From an uncultured Chryseobacterium sp. (GTDB lineage Bacteria > Bacteroidota > Bacteroidia > Flavobacteriales > Weeksellaceae): 64,000 nt of DNA. The stretch lies in the NCBI RefSeq assembly GCF_913775525.1, contig NZ_CAJYLH010000034.1; one strand, given 5' to 3'. Shown one piece after another: positions 7,553 to 17,300 of this stretch; the stretch's first letter is position 1; every line of letters begins with the position of its first letter. Position numbers and translations under genes: made by a program. The notes beneath the pieces are model-generated. The model did not search any database. It saw only the letters and a program-made list of their open reading frames with translations, and was not told where the DNA came from.

Positions 7553-9970
7553 TTAAAAATCAAATTTAACACTTACGCTATAACTGTTTCCCGGTAAGGT
7601 GCGGGCTCTTATGATTCCGTTACCACCAGCGAGAGAACCTTCTTCAGCTTCGGTTACGGCAATGGTATTGAATACATTGTTTCCGTTAACGGCTACGGAG
7701 AGGTTTTTCAGCACCTGATAAGAGATATAAGGGTTTACAATGGCATAAGCCGGCATTATCAACTTATTGGAATCCTGAGTATAGGATTTCGTTACACCGA
7801 TAAGATAAAGCCCAACGCTTAATTTTTCCACATTGAAATTAGGATTTACCGTATACATCAGCTTCGGTGTCCTCCTGGGCATATTCCCGATGATGGCAGG
7901 GTCCAGTGCATTTCTGATTTCCGCGTGAGTGTAGGTAAGTCCTGCTTTAATATCGAACATCCTGCTGATTTTGTAGTATCCGTCCAGTTCCACCCCATAC
8001 GATTGATATTTATTTTCAGTCTTTCTCTGCGTAGTAGCTTCAAAGTTCGCCTCTGTGGTATTGGCAAGGAACAGGGTTGTATTCAGGAAATACTGGGCGC
8101 CTCTTAATTTATACCCTGCTTCCACCTGGTTCACTTTATTCACCTTTACAGCGTCCAGTGCCGGATCATCATTATAGGTATAGTTATACCCTGAAAACAG
8201 GATCCTGTCCGCAGAAGCACTTCCGCCCTGGCTTACCCTCGCAAATACCGCGTTACGGCTGTTCAGTGCATAATTGGCTCCTACGGAATATCCGAAGATC
8301 CCGTATCTGTAATTTACCGGAACATTGATGTTGTCATTGGTGGCTACATTCTGTTCAGGAATATCAATAACACCGTTACCGTTCATATCACGAACCATTT
8401 TGGTATTTGTTATTCCGGAGAAACTTCCCGACACCCTTCCGAAATCATACCTTGCGCCGGCATCAATTGTCAGCTTATCCGTCGCGTTGATTTCAATCTG
8501 TGCATGCGGTGCCGTTACATCATATTTGGTATTGTAATTCCTGTTGAGGTTTCCCCATGCCGGAACGCCGTACGCCAGCAACCCATGGTCTGTTATGGCC
8601 GTTCCTGCGGCATTGTATACATCAATCAGCCTTGCATTATTATCGCTGACTTCCTGAAGGTAGGTATTCCAGACCCATGACATATTGATATTCTGAAGCC
8701 CTTTGTACAGTCCCGCATTCAGTTTTACCCCATCCCATTTCTTGCTGAAATTGAAATCGTTGAAAAAGTTATTGAAATTATTTAAAGTCACATTGAACAG
8801 GTGCATCTTCATATAATAAGCATTCATATCCACTGCTGTATTGGTTCCGCTGTACACCGCTCTGGCATATCCCGGAATAGTAGAAAGGATTTCTGTTCCT
8901 GTTCCTACGCTGGCGGGGAAAGGGGCAATAAACTGCCCGCCATTAGCGGCATACCGCATTTTCTCTTCAAATTTCCATCCTTCTCCCAGATCATAGTTGA
9001 ATTCTGCACCGATTGCCTTGGATACGGAATGCATCCCGTCTGAAATATCACTGTCCAGGATATTGCCATTGCCGCCCACCGTCCTGTCGTGCTGAAGGTT
9101 GATCGTCTGCAAGGCACCGGTAAGGGCATTGTAACCAGATAATGAAGACCATTTCGGGTTGCTGTCTGTTCCGGTTACAGAAACAGGCATCGGCATATAA
9201 GCTGCTGTACGGTCATCCAGGACTTTTGCATAGATCCTAAAGCTGCCTTTTTCAAACTTTTTAAGCAATGAAATCCTGAACTGTCCTCCGTTATTGGAAT
9301 TGAATCCCGTCTTTCTCGGCCCGTCGCCTACCCTGTAAAATCCGCCTGCACTGATGAAGGTATGGTCTCCAATAGGCGTTCCGTAATCAAAATCAGTCCT
9401 GTAATTCCTGTAGTTCAGTCCTACCTGCTGAATGATGCTTCCACCCTGTTTTTCGCCTGTTTTAGTGATGAAATTGATGATCCCGGCCGGAGAATTGCTG
9501 GCAAATACCGATGCCGAACCTCCCCGTAGGGCTTCCACACGGGAAACAAACGAATCAAAACGCGTAAACTGGTCCTGGGTTCCGAAAGCGATATCTCCGA
9601 ACTGCATCACCGGCAAACCATCTTCCTGAATCAACAGATACCTTGATCCTCCTGCAGACACCGGTACCCCTCTCACGGTAATATTGGAATTCCCTTCTCC
9701 GCCGGATGATTCCGAACGGATTCCCGGGATTGTCCTGAAAATTTCTGCGGTCGTCCTGGGCGCTGCATTTTCAATATCTTTCATTTTTAATGTGGAAATG
9801 GAAGTACTGGTTTTAATGGAAGCCTTTGGATTGGAGTTCCCCGTAATCACCACTTCGTCAATGGCTTTATCTCTCGTAATGGTATCATTAGCAGTATTTT
9901 GGGCAAACATGAATGCCGCAGTATTCATCGCGCTGAAAATAAGCAATCTGGTCAATGTTTTTGATTCCAT
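7553..9970 (-). CDS. TonB-dependent outer-membrane receptor
   Basis: Signal peptide MESKTLTRLLIFSAMNTAAFMFAQN (start taken at 9970). Plug-domain motifs are DEVVITG and IRGV. It has a long beta-barrel and a C-terminal aromatic residue (KFDF). Confidence 0.85.
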   Translation of the reverse strand: MESKTLTRLLIFSAMNTAAFMFAQNTANDTITRDKAIDEVVITGNSNPKASIKTSTSISTLKMKDIENAAPRTTAEIFRTIPGIRSESSGGEGNSNITVRGVPVSAGGSRYLLIQEDGLPVMQFGDIAFGTQDQFTRFDSFVSRVEALRGGSASVFASNSPAGIINFITKTGEKQGGSIIQQVGLNYRNYRTDFDYGTPIGDHTFISAGGFYRVGDGPRKTGFNSNNGGQFRISLLKKFEKGSFRIYAKVLDDRTAAYMPMPVSVTGTDSNPKWSSLSGYNALTGALQTINLQHDRTVGGNGNILDSDISDGMHSVSKAIGAEFNYDLGEGWKFEEKMRYAANGGQFIAPFPASVGTGTEILSTIPGYARAVYSGTNTAVDMNAYYMKMHLFNVTLNNFNNFFNDFNFSKKWDGVKLNAGLYKGLQNINMSWVWNTYLQEVSDNNARLIDVYNAAGTAITDHGLLAYGVPAWGNLNRNYNTKYDVTAPHAQIEINATDKLTIDAGARYDFGRVSGSFSGITNTKMVRDMNGNGVIDIPEQNVATNDNINVPVNYRYGIFGYSVGANYALNSRNAVFARVSQGGSASADRILFSGYNYTYNDDPALDAVKVNKVNQVEAGYKLRGAQYFLNTTLFLANTTEANFEATTQRKTENKYQSYGVELDGYYKISRMFDIKAGLTYTHAEIRNALDPAIIGNMPRRTPKLMYTVNPNFNVEKLSVGLYLIGVTKSYTQDSNKLIMPAYAIVNPYISYQVLKNLSVAVNGNNVFNTIAVTEAEEGSLAGGNGIIRARTLPGNSYSVSVKFDF

Positions 9971-10063
9971 ATCTTTCTGAAGTTTTTTGTTATGGTCTAA
10001 AAGTATTTTTTTTACCGTATCCAAAATGCAGTTTTAAGAGTATGTGAACTCTGCGTTAAATTC

Positions 10064-10088
10064 AACCGTTTGCGCAATCGTTTGCGGT
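10064..10088. promoter_or_regulatory. candidate LacI-family operator in the divergent regulator/receptor intergenic region
   Basis: Overlapping palindromes: TTGCGCAA (10070-10077) and CGCAA-TCGT-TTGCG (10073-10086). The second has the central CG typical of LacI/GalR operators. Confidence 0.3.
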
Positions 10089-10213
10089 TAATAACATATT
10101 TTTAATTTAACTTTTTATTAACATTTTTAGGGTTAATAATTAACATATTTTAACACAAATAACTTTACAAATCATTGCTAAATTCACCCAAAAATTGTCT
10201 CTATTAACCCAGA

Positions 10214-11176
10214 ATGAAAAGAATTACTATAAAAGACCTTGCTGAAATGCTTAATATCAGTACTTCCACCGTATCCCGTGCCTTAAAAGACCACCCGGAT
10301 ATCAGCAGTGCCGTAAAGCAGAAAGTAAAAGAGGCAGCGGAGACGTTCAATTATGTTCCCAATGACTTTGCCATCAATTTCCGGAAAAAATCTTCCAAAG
10401 TCATAGGACTGATCATTCCTGAAATCTCAATGTTTTTTATTCCTTCCATCATCAAAGGTATTTCTTCTGTACTGCATAAAGAAGGGTATCATTTCTTCAT
10501 GCTGTCTTCTGAAGAGTCTTATCAGATTGAAGAAGAAAATCTTCTTACCTGCATCAACTCCAGAGTAGACGGCATCATTATTTCACTGACCCGGAATACC
10601 CATGACCTTAACCACCTTGATAAGATCAAAGCCATGGGAATCCCTGCCGTGATCTTTGATAAAACATTGCCACAAAAGGAGTATGATGAAGTTATTTTTG
10701 ATAATGCCAAAAATATGGCTATGGCTGCAGATCAGCTGGCTTCAGCCAATTGTACAAGGGTTCTTGCCGTATTCGGGGATGAAAACCTGGAGATGACGCA
10801 GGTGAGAAAAGATTTTTTCCTGAAAGAAATCGGCAGGTTTCCTGACATCGAATACAAACTGATATACTGTAATTCAGCTGATGCCGTAAAAGATAAACTG
10901 GACATCCTTCTGGATTATGAGGCTTTCGACGGCTTCTTTGCCATGAGCGATGAAACACTGGCAGGCCTGCACAGTATGCTGATCAAGAAAAATATCCGCG
11001 GCAGGAGTGTAAAAGTCGTTGCCATCAGCGAAGGGACCCTGCCCAAATACCTGGATCTTTGCTATGAATGCCTGATCAATGACGGTTTCAAAATGGGTAT
11101 GACGGCTGCCATACGCCTCCTGTACCTGATACAGAACCAGAATACGGTACAGACCGCGCAGACTTTTTATATCTGA
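10214..11176 (+). CDS. LacI-family transcriptional regulator
   Basis: N-terminal HTH MKRITIKDLAEMLNISTSTVSRALKDHPDIS, followed by a periplasmic-binding-protein-like sugar-binding core. Confidence 0.9.
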   Translation: MKRITIKDLAEMLNISTSTVSRALKDHPDISSAVKQKVKEAAETFNYVPNDFAINFRKKSSKVIGLIIPEISMFFIPSIIKGISSVLHKEGYHFFMLSSEESYQIEEENLLTCINSRVDGIIISLTRNTHDLNHLDKIKAMGIPAVIFDKTLPQKEYDEVIFDNAKNMAMAADQLASANCTRVLAVFGDENLEMTQVRKDFFLKEIGRFPDIEYKLIYCNSADAVKDKLDILLDYEAFDGFFAMSDETLAGLHSMLIKKNIRGRSVKVVAISEGTLPKYLDLCYECLINDGFKMGMTAAIRLLYLIQNQNTVQTAQTFYI

Positions 11177-11675
11177 TGACACCTTTTTATAGTAACGGAT
11201 GCTGTATACAGCATTGCTGATCTGAAAATTAATTTATCCATATCACAAGTTTAATTGTTTATCATTATAAAATAAGTAAATTTGTGCCTGACCTTATACT
11301 ACTGCTTAAACCACTGAGATGAAAAAAAAATCTATTCGCTTGCTAAATTCACAGGACATTATTCAGAACAAACATCATAATCGTTTCACATCAGTAAGAG
11401 TTTTATATACTTCATAACTTTAACGGATGATTATTATATCAGAAGAAAATCCAGCTTTTGGAAAGCAGGAATGTATTTTCGTTTGATCTAATAAAATACA
11501 AACATATACAAATCCGGTTACGCGATGATGTTAACCATATGATAACCTCCGAAACAGCGATGAATATAACAGGTAGATATATGAACTTTCTTTATCCAAC
11601 ATCATGGTTATCAGTATTCAGATCAATATTCAGTAAAACACGTAAAACATATTTTTAACTTTAAAGATCAGTCAA

Positions 11676-11879
11676 ATGAAAAAAAAACTATTCACAGTCG
11701 CCTCATCAGCTTTTTATGCTGTGGCTCATTCACAGGCATGCATGAGTGATAACGGAACAGTAAGCAGTCTCGACATCACTTCCGGAAAAGCTAATCATAA
11801 CGCTGCCTATGGATTTCCCCTGCAAATCTGTCATACGGCAATACCGGTTATGGATACATTAACAGATGACGAATTTTAA
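11676..11879 (+). CDS. possible small secreted peptide or orphan signal-peptide fragment
   Basis: The 67-aa ORF starts with a signal-like MKKKLFTVASSAFYAVAHSQ. It overlaps the next ORF by 14 nt and may be a gene remnant. Confidence 0.25.
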   Translation: MKKKLFTVASSAFYAVAHSQACMSDNGTVSSLDITSGKANHNAAYGFPLQICHTAIPVMDTLTDDEF

Positions 11880-11892
11880 ACACTTTGATTGT

Positions 11893-12321
11893 ATGGACTT
11901 CAAAACACTCCATATCGGAAAGCTCATAAAGAAAAAAGTTATGGAAAGCGGTATGGAAACATCCCGGATCTGTAATTTCTTACAGCTTGAAGAGGAAGAA
12001 ATCGACCTGATGTATCAGTCTGCCAGTATGAAAACTGAAATATTGCTGCGGTGGAGCAAACTGCTTAAATACGACTTTTTCAGGCTTTATAGCCAGCACT
12101 TAATTTTGTACGCTCCCCAGCAGGGCATTAATTACAATAAAAAGCCCGCGACGGAAAGTAAACTCCCTGAATTCCGCAAGAATATTTACACCCAGGAGGT
12201 TATTGATTTTATCCTTGAACTGATACAGACCGGAAAAAAAACAAAGCTGGAAATCGTAGAGGAATACCGCATCCCTAAAACCACCTTATACAAATGGATC
12301 AGCAAAAATAAAACGAAATAG
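11893..12321 (+). CDS. small helix-turn-helix protein (transposase-ORFA-like HTH)
   Basis: The C-terminal segment KLEIVEEYRIPKTTLYKWISKNK is a classic HTH_Tnp/ORFA-type motif. The start is taken at MDFKTLHIGK. Confidence 0.5.
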   Translation: MDFKTLHIGKLIKKKVMESGMETSRICNFLQLEEEEIDLMYQSASMKTEILLRWSKLLKYDFFRLYSQHLILYAPQQGINYNKKPATESKLPEFRKNIYTQEVIDFILELIQTGKKTKLEIVEEYRIPKTTLYKWISKNKTK

Positions 12322-12387
12322 TTTCAACCTTACATTTTTTTGCCCCCTTAACCGTTAACCCCATATTTACCCGTTATCTACTATCTA

Positions 12388-12759
12388 ATGGATGCACTAT
12401 ACCCTTCTCCTGACTACAGGAAAATTTACCGTGATATGATCACCATCAAATATCCGGATAAAGAACCGGTTTGTCAGTCAATTTTAAATAAGAAAAAATT
12501 TACAACACTGGATATTATCCGGCTGAATAACCTCATTACCGGAACCGCAACCAAAACATCCCTGGCTACCAATCAGAAACTGAGAGCTTATGACCGGGCT
12601 ACCATCATGCAAATCCTGGAATACCAGAAAAAGAACCGGCTCAACAATACACAGCTGGCACAGCATTTCAAACTCAGCAGGAATTCTGTAGCGAAATGGA
12701 AGAAAAAATATTGCAGCGAAAACTCCGGAGAGGATTCAGCATCAGCGCATGGGGTTTAA
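12388..12759 (+). CDS. small helix-turn-helix protein
   Basis: The segment NNTQLAQHFKLSRNSVAKWKKKY is a second HTH of the same style. Confidence 0.5.
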   Translation: MDALYPSPDYRKIYRDMITIKYPDKEPVCQSILNKKKFTTLDIIRLNNLITGTATKTSLATNQKLRAYDRATIMQILEYQKKNRLNNTQLAQHFKLSRNSVAKWKKKYCSENSGEDSASAHGV

Positions 12760-12906
12760 ACAATGTCCCTTATTAGGACTATTTTTTAATAATATTTTAT
12801 TTAATTTATAATATATTGTTAAAAATAGCCCAATTTTTGCTGTTACTGTGACTACTTTTGGAAACTCAAGTACACACCTATTAATTATAGACTATTTTTA
12901 CCCTTT

Positions 12907-14376
12907 ATGATCTTAATTGTTGATGATAATCAAAACAATATATATTCCCTCAAAAGGCTATTAGAATCCCGTGATTTTCAGGTGGATACAGCCAATTCAG
13001 GTGAAGAAGCGTTGGGAAAAGCACTCAAGAATGATTATGCACTGATTATTTTGGATGTTCAGATGCCGGATATGGATGGTTTCGAAGTGGCAGAAACTTT
13101 TGCCGGCTACAGTAAAACCAAGGAGATCCCCATTATATTTTTGTCCGCAGTCAATACTGAAAAAAGATTTATCACGCGCGGATATGCTTCCGGAGGTATT
13201 GATTACGTAACGAAACCTATTGATCCGGAAATCCTGCTTTTAAAAGTAAAGACATATTATAACCTTCAGGAGCAGAATCTTGCCATGAAGAAAACCCAGC
13301 AAAGCCTGGAGCTGGAAGTAAAAGGAAGAAGGGAATCGCAGGTAAACATGAAATCCAGGATAGATTATTTTCATCTTATGCTGGAAGCTCTTCCTCAGAT
13401 TGCATTTACTTTAAATGAAGATGGAAAGGTGGATTTCGTCAATGCCCGCTGGTACGAGTATTCCGCTTCAGACAAGGATTTCCCGGAAACCCACCCCGAT
13501 GACCTTAATATACAGGAAGAATTCGATCTTTGCCGGAAAAGAGGAAAACCTCTGGATCTTGAAGTGCGGCTCAGGAACAGGGAATCCGGCGACTACCGAT
13601 ACCACCTCCTCCGGATGTCTCCGGTATATGAAGGTGATGCCATAAAGAACTGGGTAGGAACCTTTACCGATATCGAAGACCAGAAGAAGGTGGAGAAAGA
13701 GAAAGACGAATTCCTGAGTATTGCCAGCCATGAACTGAAAACACCACTAACCAGTATAAAGGCATACATCCAGCTTTTGGAACGTAAGCTGAAACTGGAC
13801 GACTCCTGCTCGGAAGCCGGATTTGTCACGAAAGCCCTCACGCAGATCGAAAAACTGAATACCCTGATCAATGACCTTCTGGATGTTTCCAAAATAGAAA
13901 ACGGCAAACTGAAGATCAATAAAAAGCCGGCCAATCTGGAAACGGTTATCCACAATTCCATCGAAACCATCCTGCAGACGCATGAAGAAAATAACATCAG
14001 GATAGAACGACACGGTACCAGGCTGGATATGATCATGCCTTTTGATGAAATACGTATTGAACAGGTCCTGATCAACTTCCTGTCCAATGCCATCAAATAC
14101 TCCCCAAGAAACCAGCAGATCATCGTAACGACTTTTGTGGATGATGAGGGGGTAAAGGTCAGCGTTACAGATTTCGGGATCGGGATCCCGGAATTCAAAC
14201 AGGAGGCGGTTTTCAGTAAATTCTATCGTGTGGAAGAATCTTCACTGCAATTCCAGGGTATGGGCATCGGCCTGTACATCTGTTCGGAAATCATTAAACA
14301 GCATCATGGAACCATCGGACTGTCAAGCAAAGTCAACGAAGGTTCCACATTTTATTTTACCCTACCTTTACATTAA
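12907..14376 (+). CDS. hybrid two-component protein: REC - PAS - HisKA - HATPase_c
   Basis: REC motifs are ILIVDDN, IILDVQMPDMDG and YVTKP. The H-box is ASHELKTPLTSI. N, G1, F and G2 boxes are present (NAIKYS, DFGIGI, FSKFYR, GMGIGL). Confidence 0.9.
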   Translation: MILIVDDNQNNIYSLKRLLESRDFQVDTANSGEEALGKALKNDYALIILDVQMPDMDGFEVAETFAGYSKTKEIPIIFLSAVNTEKRFITRGYASGGIDYVTKPIDPEILLLKVKTYYNLQEQNLAMKKTQQSLELEVKGRRESQVNMKSRIDYFHLMLEALPQIAFTLNEDGKVDFVNARWYEYSASDKDFPETHPDDLNIQEEFDLCRKRGKPLDLEVRLRNRESGDYRYHLLRMSPVYEGDAIKNWVGTFTDIEDQKKVEKEKDEFLSIASHELKTPLTSIKAYIQLLERKLKLDDSCSEAGFVTKALTQIEKLNTLINDLLDVSKIENGKLKINKKPANLETVIHNSIETILQTHEENNIRIERHGTRLDMIMPFDEIRIEQVLINFLSNAIKYSPRNQQIIVTTFVDDEGVKVSVTDFGIGIPEFKQEAVFSKFYRVEESSLQFQGMGIGLYICSEIIKQHHGTIGLSSKVNEGSTFYFTLPLH

Positions 14377-14382
14377 TTTTTT

Positions 14383-17300
14383 ATGCCGAAAAAAATCATA
14401 CGGAATTTACAGTTCGGAGTCGGATTATCATTGCTTATCCTCATTGCCAGTTCCATAGCATCTTATGTGAGCATTCAGAATCAGATGGAGAACAGGGAAA
14501 GTCTTTCTAAAAGCCGCCGGTCTATTACGGCGGTAAAAGATGTCCTGATTGCCCTGCTGGATGCAGAAACGGGAGACCGCGGATATCAGCTGACCGGAAA
14601 AGAAAGTTATCTTGAACCCTACAACCGGAGCCTCATTGAGTTTCCGAAAGCCATAGAACGTGCAAAAGCCCTGCAGATTAATGATGCTAATCAGCTGAAA
14701 CGGCTGAACGATCTTGAGAAAAATGTTAATGAGAATATGGACCATCTTAAACAGATTGTTCAGAACAAACAAAAAGGTATTCTCCTTACCCAGGATCAGA
14801 TGATGACCAGCAAATTCTATATGGATCAATGCAGGAAACTGGTTCAGGATTTCGTTCAGTATGAAGAACGGCAGCTGGAAATTAAAAATAAAAGCCTTAC
14901 CAAAGCCTCTACCACAACGGTTATATTTATCATACTTTCTGCTATTGCCGCCCTGGTGGTTACCGTATTTTTCTATATTAAACTGCGCAATGACCTCGTC
15001 AGACGGGAAAAACTCGAAAATGAACTTAAAGCAAAAGACCTTGAAATTACAAGGCGCGTAAATGCCATACAAAAAATTGCCAACCGGGTAGCCAATGGCG
15101 ACTACAGCCAGAAAGTTGTGGATAACTCGGAAGATGACCTCGGAGATCTTGTCGGGTCCCTGAATCACATGACAGATTCGCTTAAAAAGTCTTTTGACCA
15201 GATCAACAAAAGCGACTGGCGCCAGAAAGGCCTTGCAATGCTGAATGAATCGCTGGTAGGAAACAAATCTGTAAAAGAAGTGACCGAAAATGCCCTGAAT
15301 CAGCTGATTGATTACGGAAAATGCATTAACGGAGCCATTTACCTTCTGGATGACGGAATGCTGAAACTCAGCAAAGCAGTCGGGCTGGAAGATGCCATGA
15401 AAAAGGTGTTTGAACCCGGTGAGGGAATGGTAGGACAGGTTTTCAAAAACAGGAAAACGAGGATCTTTAATGATCTTGATGATAATGATTTTGCTGTAAC
15501 TTTTGCCGGCAGTAAAATGAAAATTGACGGTATTCTCCTGGCGCCTATTATGGTGGGAAGGGAATGCTACGGAGTGATGGAACTGAATTCCATAACGAAT
15601 TTCGACCAGGACAGGATAGAATACTGTGTTGAAGGAACAAGGAATATTGCCATTGCACTTTCTGCCGCCAAAGCCCGTGAAAAGGAACAGCGCCTGCTGG
15701 AGGAGACCCAGGCCCAGGCCGAAGAACTGCAGATGCAGCATTCTGAGCTCGAAAACCTCAATACCGAACTGGAAGCACAGACCCAAAAGCTCCAGGCATC
15801 TGAAGAAGAACTGAGGGTGCAACAGGAAGAACTCATGCAGACCAACAGTGAACTGGAGGAACGTTCCAAACTGCTGGAAGAGAAAAATCACCTGATTGCC
15901 GAACGGAATATCGAAATCCAGAAAAAGGCAGAGGAATTAGCATTAAGCACAAAATACAAATCTGAGTTCCTGGCGAATATGTCGCATGAACTGCGCACCC
16001 CGCTGAACTCGATTCTCCTGCTGTCCCGTCTGATGGCGGAAAATCCTGATGAAAACCTGAATGAAGACCAGGTAGAATCTGCCAAAGTTATCCAGAGCTC
16101 CGGAAGCAGCCTTCTGACCCTTATCGATGAGATCCTTGACCTTGCGAAGATAGAATCCGGAAAAATGACGCTGGAATACCAGGATGTTATGATTCAGGAA
16201 GTGGTGAAAGACTTGCAGAACCTGTTCAATCCATTGGTGCAGGACAAAGGAATCCGTTTTGACATCGATATCGACAAGCAATTAGGCAATTCCATAGAAA
16301 CAGACCGGCTGAGGCTGGATCAGGTACTACGTAACCTTCTCTCCAATGCGCTTAAGTTTACTACAGAAGGCAGCATAGGATTGCACGTAACAAAAGACTC
16401 CAAACAGAAAAACTTCATCAACTTTACGGTGAAAGATACCGGCATCGGGATTCCTGAAGACAAACAGCATATCATCTTTGAAGCCTTCCAGCAGGCAGAT
16501 GGTTCCACGCGAAGAAAGTTCGGGGGGACAGGTCTGGGGCTTTCCATCAGCCGCGAGATCGCAAGGCTTTTAGGGGGTGAGCTGACGCTGAAAAGCAAGG
16601 TCAGTGAGGGAAGTGAATTCACGCTTTCTATCCCGATGAAGGCACTGTCAGAAGAAGTGCATATACAAACCGACCAGGACCTGGTAGAAATCATCCAGGA
16701 AGATGTACAGGAAATCAGGCAGATCCTGGATCTGGAAGAGCCGCAACCCGCAAGGACTTCCATGGTGCTGGAAATTCCGGAAGACGTAGATGATGACCGG
16801 GACGATATCGGTGAGGGAGACAGGGTGATCCTGATTATTGAAGATGATACGCATTTTGCCAAGGCACTCCTGAAATATGCCCGTATGCAGCATTATAAAG
16901 GTGTGGTAGTAGTTCGTGGAGACCATGCTCTTTCTGCGGCTTTACAATACCGCCCGTCTGCCATCTTACTGGACGTTCAGCTGCCGGTAAGGGACGGATG
17001 GCAGGTCATGGACGAACTGAAAAATAATTCGCAGACCAAGCCTATCCCTGTACACATGATGTCTTCACTGCAGGTGAAGAAAGAAAGTTTAATGAGAGGA
17101 GCTATCGACTTCATCAATAAGCCGGTGGCTCTGGAACATATGACGGACGTATTCAGAAAAATTGAGGAAGCACTCCGGAAATCCCCTCAGAAAGTGCTGA
17201 TTGTGGAAGAAAATGCCAAGCACGCCAGTGCACTGCATTATTTCCTGAGCAATTTCAATATCTCGCTCTCTGTGGAAGACAATGTTGAAGACAGCGTAAA

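Noticed and set aside
14428-15891. 487-aa minus-strand ORF opposite the hybrid kinase, and similar long antisense ORFs (13593..14198, 15943..16281, 16320..16862)
   Set aside because: The sequence is a mirror image of the E/Q/L-rich coiled coil and kinase domains (runs of F, L, Q, no motifs). It lies wholly inside a gene with unambiguous domain content on the other strand.
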